The notes under the pieces are model-generated. The model did no database searches and was not told where the DNA came from. It was given only the letters and a program-made list of their open reading frames with translations. A DNA stretch of 64,000 bases from an uncultured bacterium (GTDB lineage: Bacteria; Desulfobacterota; Binatia; HRBIN30; CADEER01). Below are positions 1 to 13,688 of this stretch, one piece after another (the stretch's first letter is position 1; every line of letters starts with the position of its first letter). Both the position numbers and the translations under genes were made by a program. Where the stretch lies: assembly GCA_963757755.1 (NCBI GenBank), contig CAVWTK010000004.1:126278-190277 (forward strand). Reading direction: 5' to 3'.

Positions 1-1440
<1,440 letters not shown>

Positions 1441-1520
1441 ACTGGACGCCCCCGGCCGGGGGGGACGGCCGACTGGACAGTGCCCCGGACCCAGCGGCCC
1501 GACCAGCCGCGTGAGATCGG

Positions 1521-1536
1521 TGGTGCATCTCTTGCT
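1521..1536 (+). promoter_or_regulatory. Putative sigma54 -24/-12 promoter
   Basis: TGGTGCATCTCTTGCT (GG-N10-GC), upstream of a GGAGG RBS and ORF 1563. Confidence 0.6.
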
Positions 1537-1562
1537 CTTCGTCACGCCGGGAGGCGTCGACG

Positions 1563-1841
1563 ATGACTGGGAAGCGGCTTGGCGACAACCAGCCGGCAGT
1601 TGCGCTGCACGCGGCGAAGGCTGATGGCGGCAACGGACAGAACAGCGCCACGCCGGCGCGAGACACCGAGTTGCGGCGCATGGCCGCCTTCCGGGTGCGC
1701 GAGACCGCGAACCGTATCGCTACCCTCGCCAACAACGCGCACAACGAAGCCCTACGACAGGAGCTGTTGTCGATCTGCCAGCGTCTGATGCAGGAGGAGC
1801 GCGCCCTCCTCGACCCCACGGGTCCCCCGCGCGACGACTGA
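1563..1841 (+). CDS. Small hypothetical protein (helical C-terminus)
   Basis: 92-aa ORF with GGAGG RBS and upstream sigma54 motif. Confidence 0.6.
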   Translation: MTGKRLGDNQPAVALHAAKADGGNGQNSATPARDTELRRMAAFRVRETANRIATLANNAHNEALRQELLSICQRLMQEERALLDPTGPPRDD

Positions 1842-1893
1842 CCGCTTGGCGCTGCCCGATGCCTTGTGCCATGCACCGACTGGAGGTGCGGCC

Positions 1894-2762
1894 ATGGAAT
1901 TCGGCGTGTTCATGTTCCCGACCGACTATGCGATTCGGCCCGACGAGCTGGCGCGCGAGGTCGAGCAACGCGGCTTCGAGTCGCTCTGGTTCCCCGAGCA
2001 CACGCACATCCCGGCCAGCCGTCAGATCGCCATGGCCGGGCGGTGCCGAGCTGCCGAAGGAGTACTGGCACACGCACGACCTGTTCGTCGCGCTCGGCAT
2101 GGCGGCCGCCGTCACGACGCGGCTCAAGGTCGGCTCGGGCATCTGTCTGGTGATCGAGCGCGACCCCATCACGCTCGCCAAGGAGGTCGCGACGCTCGAC
2201 TACCTCTCCGGCGGCCGCTTTCTCTTCGGTATCGGCGGCGGCTGGAACGCCGAGGAGATGGCCAACCACGGCACCGAGTTCGCCGGTCGATGGAAGGTGC
2301 TGCGCGAGCGCATCGAGGCGATGAAGGCGATCTGGCGCGACGACGACGCCGCCTACCACGGCGACACGGTGAACTTCGATCCGATCTGGTCGTGGCCCAA
2401 GCCGGCGCAGAAGCCGCACCCGCCGATCTATCTCGGCGGCCACGGGCCCAAGGCGCTCGACCGCGTCGTCCGCTACTGCGACGGATGGATGCCGATCCCG
2501 ATGCGCGGGGCTGAACCTGCTCGACGACATCGCCGACCTGCGGGCGCGCGCCACGGCGGCCGGGCGCGACCCGTCCTCGCTGACGATCACGCGTACGGCG
2601 TGCCGGCGGACGCCGACGCTCGCGCGATCGTTCGCGGACGCCGGCAGCGCGCGCGGCGTCTTCTCGCTGCCGTCCGCCGATCGCGACAACGATCCTGCCG
2701 CTGCTCGGATCGCTTCGCGGCGCTATGCGGCCGACTGCCCAGCGGCGATAGCCGGCGGCTGA
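1894..2762 (+). CDS. LLM-class (probably F420-dependent) oxidoreductase, frameshifted; end approximate
   Basis: MEFGVFMFPTDY, GFESLWFPEH, LAKEVATLDYLSGGRFLFGIGGGWN, PKPAQKPHPPI. Confidence 0.9.
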
Positions 2763-3066
2763 ATGCACGACCGGCGCCGCGGTGAGTAGCCGCGCCGCGC
2801 GCCGCACCCCCGCCGCCTTCGCGGGCGCGCGCTTCGTTGATCTTCAGCGGGCGGCCCTTGAAGTCCTTGCCGTCGAGTTGCTCGATCGCCGACGCGGCTT
2901 CGCTGTCGTTGCTCATCTCGACGAAGCCGAAGCCGCGCGACTTGCCGGTCATGCGATCCTTGATGATCGCCACCGATTCCGGCGTTCCGGCCTGCGCGAA
3001 ATAGTCCCGCAGCTCGTCTTCCGTCGCCGTGAACGACAGGTTTCCGACGTAGAGCTTGCGGCCCAT
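2723..3066 (-). CDS. RRM RNA-binding protein; end approximate
   Basis: RNP2 KLYVGNL, RNP1 RGFGFVEM, Gly/Arg-rich tail. Confidence 0.92.
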
Positions 3067-3319
3067 CTGCGGCCTCCCCCAATGAACTGTCGGCGCCATA
3101 CCATCCGCCGCCGGTATTTGGCAATACTTCTTTTTCTCTCGCGCAGCCCTAATCTGACGACCGAGCGGTGGCGCGTCTCGTGGCGTCGATTCCGTTCAGA
3201 CGCGCGCACCGTGCGCGCACGTGAAAATGGAAGTCGCGGAAGGCTTTCGGCTAGGAACGACGTCATGCTCGCTCAGCCGCGTGGCGGGAGCCGCCAGCGG
3301 CACCGCGGACGATTCGCTG

Positions 3320-4073
3320 TTGTCCTTCGCCGCTGCAACACCCGCTGCGCTACCTGTGGGGACTCGGCGCCGACGCCTGGATCTTCGTCTCGACGATCGT
3401 GCTCGGCGCTGATCGCCATCCTCGGCACCCTGGTCACCCGCCGCGGCTGGGTGGTCGACCGCATCGGCCGCCTGTGGAGCCGCGGCATCGTGCGCGTCTG
3501 CGGCATCGACCTCGAGGTGGAGGGGCTCGAGCATCTCCAGCCCGGCCAGAGCTACATCCTGATCTGCAACCACCTCAGCAACTTCGACATCTGGTGCACC
3601 CTGGCGAGCATGCCGTTCGCGGTGCGGTTCGTCGCCAAGAAGGAGCTGCTGCGCTTCCCGGTGTTCGGCCAGGCGCTGGCGCGTCAGCGACCACATCGTC
3701 ATCGACCGCGCCGAACCCGCAGGCCGCCATCGCACCGCATCAATGCCGCCGCCGCGACGGACCGAACGGGGCATGGGCATCCTCTTCTACGCCGAGGGCA
3801 CGCGCAGCCGCGACGGCAAGGTGCACGAGTTCAAGAAGGGCGGCGTCAGCCTCGCCCTGCGCACGCAGTTGCCGATCGTGCCGATGAGCGTCAGCGGCAC
3901 GCGCAAGTTCCTGCCCCGCGGCTGTGCCGTCGATCCGCCCCGGCGGGCGCGTGCGCATCGTCCTCGCCGATCCCGATCCCCACCGCCGGCCTGTCGTATC
4001 GACGACGCGCGACGCGCTCAACGAGCGCGTGCGCAGCGTGGTGGTGCGCAACTTCGTCGAAGAGTTGGTCTGA
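3320..4073 (+). CDS. 1-acyl-sn-glycerol-3-phosphate (lysophospholipid) acyltransferase, frameshifted; start approximate
   Basis: NHLSNFD (NHX4D), FVAKKEL, YAEGTRS, FKKG motifs. Confidence 0.88.
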
Positions 4074-4085
4074 CACGGATCACGC

Positions 4086-4847
4086 GTGGATCCCGCCGCC
4101 ACGACGACCGCCGCCCCGCCGGCGGCGCTCGAGGTCGACCGCCTCAGCAAGCGCTTCGGCCGCACGGCCGCGGTCGCGGCGTGACCTGACGCCATCGGCG
4201 CCGGCGAGGCGGTCCTGCTGCTCGGCCCAACGGCGCCGGCAAGACGACGCTCCTGCGCCTGTGCGCGACGCTGCTGCGCCCGAGCGAGCGGCACGCGTGC
4301 GCGTCTGCGGCCTCGACGCCGGCGGCCACGGCACCGCCGTGCGCCGCCAGCATCGCCGTGCTCGGGCACGAGAGCTTCCTCTACCCCGACCTCAGCGCTC
4401 ACCGAGAACCTGCTCTTCTACGCGCGCCTCTACGGCCTCGCCGACGCGCGCGCGCAGGTCGAGCAGCTGATCGACCGCCTCGGCCTGCGCGGCTGGGCGC
4501 AGCGCCCGGTGCGCACGCTGTCGCGCGGCCTGCTGCAGCGCTGCGCGCTGGCGCGCGTGCTGCTGCACGGGCCGCGAGTTGCTGCTCCTCGACGAGCCGT
4601 TCACCGGCCTCGACGTCGCCGCGCGCGAGCTGCTCGGCGAACGTGCTCGCGCGACGCGCATGCGCGCGGCAGCGACGCTACTGATGAGCACCCACGACGT
4701 GCCGCTCGGCGTCGCCCTCTGTCAGCGCGCCCTCGTGCTGGCGCGCGGCACGCCTGGTCGCCTGGCCGGCCCGTCGCGCCGGACGACGCGAGCCAGCCTC
4801 GAGGCGGAGCTGCGCGCGCCTCGGCGCCGGCGTCGCCGACCGACTGA
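4086..4847 (+). CDS. ccmA: Heme exporter ABC ATPase CcmA, frameshifted
   Basis: Walker A GPNGAGKT, LSRG signature, [11 protein letters not shown]; directly upstream of ccmB/C. Confidence 0.88.
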
Positions 4848-4849
4848 CC

Positions 4850-5514
4850 GATGCTCGCCGATCCTGCTGGAAGGATCTGCGCATCGAGCTGCGCACCAAG
4901 GAGACGCTGGCCGCGCTGCTGCTGCTCGGCCTGCTGACCCTGGTCGTGCTGAGCTTCGCCTTCGATCCCACCAGCCCGCTGCGCGAGGCCGCCGCGCCCG
5001 GCGTGCTGTGGGTGGCGCGTCATCTTCGCCGGAACGCTGGGCATGAACCGCTCGCTGCTGCGCGAGCGCGAGCACGACTGCCTGCAGGGCCTGCTGCTGG
5101 CCCCGGTCGACCGCGGCTCGATCTACCTCGCCAAGACCGCCGCCAACTTTCTCTTCATGACGGCGGCCCAGCTCGTCGCTCGTGCCGCTCTTCGTCTTCT
5201 TCTTCAACCTGCCCTTCTGGCTGACCGTCGTCGCCTCACGCCGGTGCTGCTGCTCGGCCTGCTCGGCTTCGCCGCCGTCGGCACGACTCTTCGCCGCCGT
5301 CTCGCTGCGCACGCGCGCGCGCGAGGTCATGCTGCCGCTGCTGATGCTGCCGCTGGCCGCGCCGCTGCTCATCGCCGGCATCCAGGCCAGCACGCAGCTG
5401 ATGGCCGGCGAGCCGTTCGCCGCCGTGTCGCACTGGCTGAATCTGCTCGCCGCGTTCGACGTGGTGTTCCTGGTTGTCGGGTGGATGGCCTTCGAGTATG
5501 TGGTGGAGGAGTGA
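4850..5514 (+). CDS. ccmB: Heme exporter permease CcmB, frameshifted
   Basis: KDLRIELRTKE, APGVLW, IYLAK, REVMLPLLMLP; operon context. Confidence 0.88.
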
Positions 5515-6208
5515 GAGTCTGCCCATCGACCGCGCTGCTGCCGCCCGCGGTCATCGCCAGCCATGCTGGCGGCGCTCTATCTGGTCTTCGTCGCCGTCCC
5601 GACCGACGCCTTCCAGGGCCCCGTCCAGCGCATCTTCTACGTCCACATGGCGATGTGGCTGGCGACCTTCACCGCCTTCGGCCTCGTCGGCCTCGCCAGC
5701 CTGCTCTACCTGTGGAAGCGGACCGCCGCGCTGGGACCACCTCGGGCGCGCCGCCGCCGAGCTCGGCCTGCTCTTCTGCAGCCTCGGCCTGGCCACCGGC
5801 TCGATCTGGGCCAAGCCGATCTGGGGCACGTGGTGGACCTGGGATCCGCGCCTGACGCTGACGCTGATTCTGTGGATGATCTACGCCGCCTACCTGCTGC
5901 TGCGCACCCTGGCCACCGAACCGCAGCAGGGCGCGACCCTGGCCGCCATCCTCGGCGTCTCCGGCGTCGTCGACCTCTATCTGATCAACCGCGCCGTCTA
6001 CTGGTGGCGCGGCATCCACCCCGCGGTGATCGTCAACCGCGAGGGCGGCTCCGGCCTCGCCGATCCGCTGATGCGCGTGACGCTGGTCGTCTGCATGCTG
6101 GCCTTCTTCCTTCTCTTCCTGTGGCTGCTGCGCCTGCGCCTGCGCACCGCGCGGCTGCAGGACACCGTCGACGATCTGCGCGCCCAGCTGGCACCGGCCA
6201 ACCTCTAA
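5511..6208 (+). CDS. ccmC: Heme chaperone-loading protein CcmC, frameshifted
   Basis: QRIFYVH, WWD domain WAKPIWGTWWTWDPRLT, WWRGIHP. Confidence 0.92.
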
Positions 6209-6214
6209 GCCGGC

Positions 6215-6366
6215 ATGGACTTCGCCACGCATCTGCCGTTCCTGATCGCCGCCTACGCCGTCGTCTGGATCGGCATGCTGATCTACGTCACCAGCCTCGC
6301 TCGCCGCAGCCGCAGCTCGAGCGCGAGCTGGAGGAGCTGAAGCACCTGCTCGACGAGAAACGGTAG
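6215..6366 (+). CDS. ccmD: CcmD-family small membrane protein
   Basis: FLIAAYAVVWIGMLIY transmembrane segment plus charged coiled tail, right after ccmC. Confidence 0.75.
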
Positions 6367-6394
6367 CCGGGCGCCAGGCCCCGTGGCGGATCGT

Positions 6395-6546
6395 ATGTAG
6401 CGGCGGGCTTTAGCCCGCCACCTCCAGCGCGCCGGGTTCGCCATCCCGGCGCCTTCCAGGGCGCAGGAATCGGACCCTCGGTCTTCACCTCGCCGTCGCG
6501 TCGCGCCGGCGCGCTAAGGGTGGCGGGCTGAAGCCCGCCGCTACAT
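6395..6546. repeat. GTAG-type REP inverted pair (REPIN/BIME-like)
   Basis: ATGTAGCGGCGGGCTTTAGCCCGCCACC (6395-6422) and its inverse (6519-6546), one mismatch; each copy is itself a hairpin. Confidence 0.85.
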
Positions 6547-7215
6547 CGGGTCCGTGTTGTGGAAGATCTCGTCGAGGACCGCGGCGGTATGCGGCAGCGA
6601 CACGGCGCCGCCGGCGATCAGCGCGCGCAAGGCGACCACGTCCTCCCACTCGTCGATGTCGAACGACGGCGGCTGCACACTGGCACGCAGTGCGAGGGCG
6701 GCGACGCGGTCCATGGTCTGCGCAAAGACCTGCGCGGTGCCCATGGAAATGCCGCCAAACAGGTCGTGCACGGCGCGCTGTCCGACCAGGCAGTAGCCGC
6801 CGTCGCGCGTCGGCGTCAGCACGACGTCGGTGTCGTCCAACGCCGCGAACGCCGCGGCGATGGCGGCCGCGCCGAGGTGGGGGACGTCGGCGCCGATCAT
6901 CACGACGCGCGATGCGCCGCGCGCGAAGAGATCGTCGAAGCAGTGCGCCATGCGCTCGCCGAGATCGGCGCCGCGCTGCGCGATGCCGTGCGCCGCGGCA
7001 CCGACGATCGGCCGCAGGTCGGCACCGGCGGGTGTCACCGCCCAGGTCAGCTCCCACGGACCTCCGCCGAGTGTCGCGGCGATGTCGACGAGGAAGGCGC
7101 GATACAGCGCGCACGCGGCTTCGGCGCCGATGCGGCGGCCGAGCCGGGTCTTCACCGCGCCGGGCACCGGCTGCCGGGCCATCACGACCAGGACGGCAGC
7201 GGGCGCCATCGGCAT
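6541..7215 (-). CDS. DUF2064/TIGR04282-family glycosyltransferase-like protein
   Basis: VMARQPVPGAVKTRL, QRGADLGERM, IGADVP, DGGYCLVG, DIDEWED. Confidence 0.9.
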   Translation of the reverse strand: MPMAPAAVLVVMARQPVPGAVKTRLGRRIGAEAACALYRAFLVDIAATLGGGPWELTWAVTPAGADLRPIVGAAAHGIAQRGADLGERMAHCFDDLFARGASRVVMIGADVPHLGAAAIAAAFAALDDTDVVLTPTRDGGYCLVGQRAVHDLFGGISMGTAQVFAQTMDRVAALALRASVQPPSFDIDEWEDVVALRALIAGGAVSLPHTAAVLDEIFHNTDPM

Positions 7216-7216
7216 G

Positions 7217-8392
7217 TCAGGCGGCGGCACCCTCGGCCGGCGTCTCGAGTCGGTCGACGCGCGGTCCGGCCTCCAGCCACTTGGTCGCGGCGCGGCGTCC
7301 GGAAACGCGCATCTCCTCGAGCACGCGGCGCTCGAAATACAGGTAGGATCCGGCGCCGAAGTTGCCGTCGCGTGCCGGACGAACGGCGTCGTAGAGCGTC
7401 ACCTCGCGATACGGACTGCCCTCGAGTTGCGGCCAGGCGGTTGCGATCGAGGAGCAGCTTGCGGTCGACGTTGTACGCGTTCTCGAGGATGGCATCGACG
7501 GTGCGCTCGACGGCGCGTCCGAAGTGCGGAAACTGGCCGGTGCTGCCGTCCGGCGGCTCGGTGACCAGCACGGTGATGATCTCGTCGGCGCCGAGCGCGA
7601 CGACCGGCGCGAGCGGCGTGTTCACGAGCAGGCCGCCGTCCCAGAGCCAGCGGCCGCCGACCTCGACGGTCGGGAAGAGCAGCGGAATGCTCGCGCTCGC
7701 CAGCACCATGTCGACGGTGATCGCGTCGACGATGATGTAGTCCGGTGGGCGGGTCATGCGGGGTGTGCCGCGTCACGTAGCGCACGACCTGCCCGGTGTG
7801 CGCGTCGACGGTGTTGATCGCCAGCCGGTGCCGGCTCACCGGAATGATCTCGCCGCCGAATTCCTCCACCAGGCGCTCGCGCAGCCGAGCGGTGCTCGGC
7901 CAGAAACGGCTCGCGCATGCCTTCCAGCAGACCGCTGATCAGCTCGAAACGGGTGGTCAGCAGGTACTCGACGAGCAGCCGCCAGCCCCGAGCCGAGCTG
8001 CGGTGGCCAATGATGGCGCGCGCGCCGCGCGAACCGCAGCCACGAGTGCGACGGGAGGAACCAGCTGCGGCAGCTCGGTGACGGCGAGGCGCAGGAGACT
8101 GCTCACCAACGACGAGAAGAACAGCGGACTGGCCACGACCGGCGGGTCGTCGGCGATGCCGTTCCAGAACCGCATCATCTCGCGCGGCGCTGCGCCCCGC
8201 GGCGATCAGCGCCGCGTTGATGGCGCCGGCCGAGGTGCCGGAGAGGACCACCGGACCGTCGGCGAAGCGCGGATCGCGCAGCAGACGCTCGTAGACCCCG
8301 ACCTGGAAGGCGCCACGGGCGCCGCCCCCCGACAGCACCAGTCCGAGGGTCCGCCCCCCCGCCCGCTTCGTCCGTCGTACCGCGCGCATCAT
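7217..8392 (-). CDS. Patatin-like phospholipase, frameshifted
   Basis: LVLSGGGARG, GTSAG nucleophile, ASASIP, DGG. Confidence 0.9.
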
Positions 8393-8516
8393 TCCCCCAT
8401 GCTCCCCGGCGCCCCCCTGCTTTTGCAAGCGCGTTGTCACTACCGAGCGGACCGCGCGTTGTCCACGGGCGGCGGGGTCGATTGACGGCCCAGCGGCGCC
8501 CCGACAAGGTGCCCCC

Positions 8517-9363
8517 ATGAGCGGCGGACTCGACGGCCTGACGGTGCTCGCCTTCGAGAGCCGGCGCGCGACCGAGATGGCGGAGCTGATCCGCCGCCGC
8601 GGCGGCACCCCGGTGAGCGCGCCGTCGATGCGCGAGGTGCCGCTCGACACCAGCCCCGAAGCGGCCGAGCTGCTGGCGGCGCTGGAGCACGGCTCCGTCG
8701 ACGTGATCATCCTGCTCACCGGGGTCGGCACCCGCGCCCTTGCCGCCGCCAGCGCGCCTGCCCGCCGAGCGCTTCGCCGCCCTGCTCCGGCGCGCCCGCA
8801 TCGTCGTGCGCGGGCCCAAGCCGGTCGCGGCGCTGCGCGAGCTCGGCCTCACGGCGGACGTGCTCGTTCCCGAGCCCAACACCTGGCGCGAGCTCCTGGC
8901 GGCCCTCGATGCCGAGCTGCCGGTGGCCGGCAAACGCGTCGCGGTCCAGGAGTACGGCCGCACGAACCCGGACCTGATCGACGGCCTGCGCGACCGCGGC
9001 GCGACGGTCATGCGCGTTCCGGTCTACCGCTGGGACTATCCCGAGGACGCCACGGCCGCTGCGCGAGGGCGTCGCCCGACTCGCCGCCGGAACGGTCGAT
9101 CTCGCCCTGTTCACCAGCGCCCAACAGGTCGATCACGTCATCGAGACCGCGCGCCGGCTCGGACTGCCTGGACGCGCTGCACGCGGCCGCACCGCGGGTC
9201 GTGTTCGCCTCGATCGGCCCGGTGTGCAGCGAAGCGTTGCGCGCGCACGGCCTGCCCGTCGACCTCGAACCGGAGCATCCGAAGATGGGCCAGCTCGTCG
9301 GCGCCGTCGCCCAACAGCGGCCGCGCGCTCGTCGACGGCAAACGCGGCGTGGCGGTCGATTGA
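8517..9363 (+). CDS. hemD: Uroporphyrinogen-III synthase, frameshifted
   Basis: FESRRATEM, LTGVG, RGPKP, VPVYRW, FTSA, IGPVCSEAL. Confidence 0.88.
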
Positions 9364-9395
9364 CCCCCTACCGACCTTCGCGTACGGAGCCGCGC

Positions 9396-10448
9396 GTGAC
9401 CACCCACCCGTTCCTGCTGGCCTGCCGCCGCCAGGCGACGCCGTACACGCCGATCTGGCTCATGCGTCAGGCCGGCCGCTACATGGCCGAGTACCGCGCC
9501 GTGCGCGAGCGCTTCGGCTTCCTCGAGCTCTGCCACAACCCCGAGGCGGCGGCCGAGGTGACGGTCACCGCCGTCGAGCGGCTCGGCGTCGACGCGGCGA
9601 TCATCTTCGCCGACATCCTGCTCGTCCTCGAGCCGCTCGGGGTCGGCCTCGCCTTCGCCACCGGCGATGGTCCGACCCTGAGCCGGCCGGTGCGCGGGCC
9701 CGACGACGTGCGCGCGCCTGCCCGACTACGACGTCGACGACGCCCTCGCCTATCGTCTACGACGCCGTGCGCGCGGCGCGCGCCGGGCTCGGCCGGTCGC
9801 GTGCCCCTGATCGGCTTCGCCGGCGCGCCGTTCACCCTCGCCTCCTATCTCATCGAGGGCGGCGGCTCGCGCAACTACGTGCGCACCAAGACGCTTCATG
9901 TACGAGCACCCGAAGCCGCCTGGCACGACCTGCTGGCCCTGCTCGCCCGCCTGGTCAACCGCTACCTGCGCGGCCAGATCGCCGCCGGCGCCGAGGCCGT
10001 GCAGCTCTTCGACAGCTGGGTCGGCTGCCTGTCGCCGGACGACTACCGCGCCTACGTCCTGCCGCACGCGCGCGCCGCGCTCGACGGCCTGAGCGCGTTG
10101 GCGCCAGTGATCCATTTCGGCACCGACACGGGCGGCCTGCTCGAGCTGCATGCGCGACGCCGGCGGCGACGTCATCGGCGTCGACTGGCGCATCGACCTC
10201 GACGCCGCCTGGCAGCGCATCGGCCACGACCGCGCCGTGCAGGGCAACCTCGACCCGATCGCGCTGTTCGCCCCGATCGCCGACATCCGCCGCCAGGCCG
10301 CAGGCCATCCTCGCGCCGCGCCGCCGGCCGGCCCGGCCACATCTTCAACCTCGGCCACGGCATCCTGCCGCAGACGCCCGTCGATCACGTCGGCGCGCTG
10401 GTCGATGCCGTGCACGAGATGAGCGCGGAGAAGAAGATCCACGGGTGA
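9396..10448 (+). CDS. hemE: Uroporphyrinogen decarboxylase, frameshifted
   Basis: [45 protein letters not shown]. Confidence 0.95.
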   Translation: MTTHPFLLACRRQATPYTPIWLMRQAGRYMAEYRAVRERFGFLELCHNPEAAAEVTVTAVERLGVDAAIIFADILLVLEPLGVGLAFATGDGPTLSRPVRGPDDVRAPARLRRRRRPRLSSTTPCARRAPGSAGRVPLIGFAGAPFTLASYLIEGGGSRNYVRTKTLHVRAPEAAWHDLLALLARLVNRYLRGQIAAGAEAVQLFDSWVGCLSPDDYRAYVLPHARAALDGLSALAPVIHFGTDTGGLLELHARRRRRRHRRRLAHRPRRRLAAHRPRPRRAGQPRPDRAVRPDRRHPPPGRRPSSRRAAGRPGHIFNLGHGILPQTPVDHVGALVDAVHEMSAEKKIHG

Positions 10449-10545
10449 ACACGAAGCCCCCCGCCTTCCCCCGCCAATGAACGCGGACGCCCCCTCCCCG
10501 CCGAGAGCGAGAGGTGGCGGCGGCACGTCGCGTCCGTTGGGGCTT

Positions 10546-10606
10546 GGTGTTCATCTGTGTGCCATCGGTGTCCACCTGTGGCGCTCGGTGTCCATCTGTG
10601 TTTGTG
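10546..10606. repeat. Short ~9-bp periodic repeat (TGTCCATCTGTG-like)
   Basis: gtgttcatctgtgt / ccatcggtgtccacctgtg / ggtgtccatctgtg in the hemE-hemH intergenic region. Confidence 0.55.
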
Positions 10607-10614
10607 ATTTTCGT

Positions 10615-11547
10615 ATGGCCGCATACGACGCCGTCCTGCTGATCGCCTTCGGCGGCCCCGAGCGCATGGAGGACGTGCGGCCGTTTCTCGACAACGTCCT
10701 GCGCGGGCGGCCGGCGCCGCCGGAGCGGATCGAGGCGGTGGTGCATCACTACGAGCTGATCGGCGGGCGCTCGCCGCTCACCGAGCTGACGCTGCGCCAG
10801 GCGACCGCGCTGCGAGGCGCAGCTGCGCCAGACCGAGCCCGCGCTGCCGGTGTACCTCGGCATGCGCAACTGGCACCCGTATCTCGCCGATACGCTGGCG
10901 ACGATGCAGCGCGACGGCGTGCGGCGCGCGATCGGAATCATCCTCTCGGCGCAGCAGAACGAGGCCGGGTGGGGCCGCTATCAGCGGAACGTCGCCGATG
11001 CGCGGGCGGCACTCGGCGACGCCGCGCCGGCCGTCGACTTCGCGCCCAACTGGCATGCCCACCCGCTGTACATCGACGCGGTCGCCGATCGCGGCGCGTA
11101 CGGCGCTGGCGGCCCTGCCGCCGGAGCGCCGGCGCGACGATGCACACTGGTCTTCACCGCCCACAGCATCCCGATCGCGATGGCCGCGGCGTCGCCCTAC
11201 GAGGGCCAGTTGCGCGTCGGCGCGGCGCTGGTGGCCGAGCAGCTCGGCTTCCGCGATCACCGCCTCGCCTATCAGAGCCGCAGCGGCAACCCGCGCGATC
11301 CCTGGCTCGAGCCCGACATCTGCGCGGTCGTGCGCGCAGGAGGCGTCGCGCGGCACGCGCGAGCTGCTGGTGGTGCCGATCGGCTTCGTCTGCGACCACG
11401 TCGAGGTCCTCTACGATCTCGACGTCGAGGCGCGGCAGATCGCCGACGCGGCCGGCATCGGCTTCACGCGCGCCGAGACGGTGAACGATCATCCGAGCTT
11501 CGTCCGCATGCTCGCCGCCGTCGTCGGCCGCACAGGCCGCGGCATGA
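10615..11547 (+). CDS. hemH: Ferrochelatase, frameshifted
   Basis: FGGPE, HYELIGGRSPL, GMRNWHP, FTAHSIP, YQSRSG..WLEPD, GFVCDHVEVLYDLD. Confidence 0.95.
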
Positions 11548-12945
11548 CGGCACCGCGCCGCGTCGCGGTGATCGGCGGCGGCATCAGCGGACTGGCGGCG
11601 GCACACCGACTGATCGAGCTCGGGCGCGACGCGGCGCATCCCCTCGCCGTTCGCCTCTTCGAAGCCGGGCCGCGCGCTGGGCGGCGTGATTCGCACCGAG
11701 CGCGCCGACGGCTTCGTCATCGAAGCGGGGCCCGACTCGTTCCTCTCCGAGAAGCCGGCGGCGCTGCGCCTCTGCGAGCGACTCGGCATCACCGACCGGC
11801 TGGTCGGCACGCGCGAGGAGTTCCGCCGCACCTACGTCGTCCGCGACGGCCGCCTGCACGCGCTGCCCGAGGGGTTCCTGCTGATGGCGCCGACGCGCTT
11901 CTGGCCGCTGCTCACCACGCCGCTCTTCTCCTGGCCCGGCAAGCTGCGCATGGCGCTCGACCTCGTCCTGCCGCGCGGCGGTCGGCGGCGACGAGAGCCT
12001 CGCCGCGTTCGTCACCCGCCGCCTCGGGCGCGAAGCGTTGGAGCGCGTCGCCCAGCCGCTGGTCGGTGGCATCTACACGGCCGACCCCGAGCACCTCAGC
12101 CTGGCCGCGACCATGCCGCGCTTTCTGGAGATGGAGCGCTCCGACGCGCAGCGTGATTCTGGCGATGTGGCGGCAGCAGCGCGCCGCGGCGCGGCGCAGC
12201 AGCGACAGCGGCGCGCGCTGGAGCCTGTTCCTCAGCTTCGACCGCGGCATGCAGTGCCTCGTCGACGAGCTCACCGCGCCGTCTGCCCGATGCGCACGCT
12301 GCAGCTCGGCCGGCCCATCGCGGGGATCGAACGCCTGCCGAGCGGCGAGCTGGCGGCTCGACGGCGCCTTCGAGTGCGATGCGGTGGTCGTCGCCACGCC
12401 CGCGCACGCGGCCGCGACGCTGTTGCGCCCGCTCGATGCGGCGCTCGGCGACGAGCTGGCCGCCATCCCCTACGCCTCGTCGGCGACGGTGACGCTGGCG
12501 TTCGACCGCGAGGACATTCCGCACCCGCTCGACGGGTTCGGCTTCGTCGTCCCGCACGTCGAGCGGCGGCGCCTCCTGGCCGGCACGTTCTCCAGCCTCA
12601 AGTATCCGGGGCGCGCCCCGGGCGAGTCGGTGCTCGTGCGCGCCTTCGTCGGCGGCGCCCTGCAGCCCGAGCTGCTCGAGCTCGACGACGACTCCCTGAC
12701 GGCGGCGGTGCGCGAGCGAGCTCGCCGCGCTGCTCGGCGTGCGCGCGGCGCCGCATCTGACCCGCATCGCCCGCTGGCCGCGCGCGATGCCGCAGTATCA
12801 GGTCGGCCACATCGAACGCGTCGCCCGCATCCGCGCCCGCGCCGCCGCGCTCGGCGTTCACCTCGCCGGCAACGCCTACGACGGGGTCGGCATCCCGGAC
12901 TGCATCCGCAGCGGCGAGTCGGCAGCCGAGGCTCTGTGGCGATAG
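11544..12945 (+). CDS. hemY: HemY-type proto/coproporphyrinogen oxidase, frameshifted
   Basis: [44 protein letters not shown]. Confidence 0.93.
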
Positions 12946-13129
12946 TCCACCGGGATCCCGTCGTCCCCGAAGGGGGGACCGCGCGCCCGCATCCGACGCG
13001 GGCGCCCCGGAAGCGGCGTCGGGCATGCGGAGCGTAGGCCGCCGCAGTTCCCTGCTCAAAGGGATTGTCGGGAGCGCCCCGATGCAGTACACGTCAAAGG
13101 AGAAAGGCAGTGCTGGCTCAAGTCCTAGC

Positions 13130-13688
13130 GTGAATTCCCTCACCGAGATCGTCGCCCCCGCCCGCTCGGTCGTCCGCTACTGTCCGAATCAGCCCCTGCC
13201 TCCGTATCGCTTCGTGCCCGGCCTGCACCCGCATCCAACCCGCCATCCCGCTGGGCATTCGTACGGTCCGGCCGCGCCGCTGCACGCGACGCGCCGCGTG
13301 GGATCCATCCGCCTGGCGCAGCCTCGACGATTGGCTGTGCGGCGTCGACCGGTTCAACACGTTCTACTTCTGGGAGGCGCACGAAGCCTGGGAGAGCCTG
13401 TGGGCCGCGGTGCCGCGCGAGAGCCGGCCGGCCCGTACCCTGCAGGGTCTCATCCAGATCGCTGCCGCACTCCTCAAGATCCATGTGGGATCGCTGCCTG
13501 GCGCAGCGGCCCTCTCGCGCGAGGGCATCGAGAAGCTAGCCGAATCGGCGGCTGACTCGCCGACGTTGCTCGGCCTCGACCTGCGCGCGACCGTATCCGA
13601 TTTCGTCCACTATTTCCGTCCGCTCGATGAGCGGACCCTGCCGCCGCTCGATGCGTCGGTGCCGCTGCTGCGGCTGGAGACCGTGTGA
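13130..13688 (+). CDS. DUF309-domain protein, frameshifted; start uncertain
   Basis: FN..YFWEAHEAWESLW and LQGLIQIAAA. Confidence 0.82.

Noticed and set aside
10546-10606. CRISPR array
   Set aside because: Repeats are about 9 bp, degenerate and lack unique spacers; no cas genes seen
10998-13037. Apparent HemH-HemY fusion (and the HemD-HemE ORF 8517-10448)
   Set aside because: The ATGA overlap at 11544-11547 and a separate hemD stop at 9361-9363 indicate separate genes joined by indel artefacts
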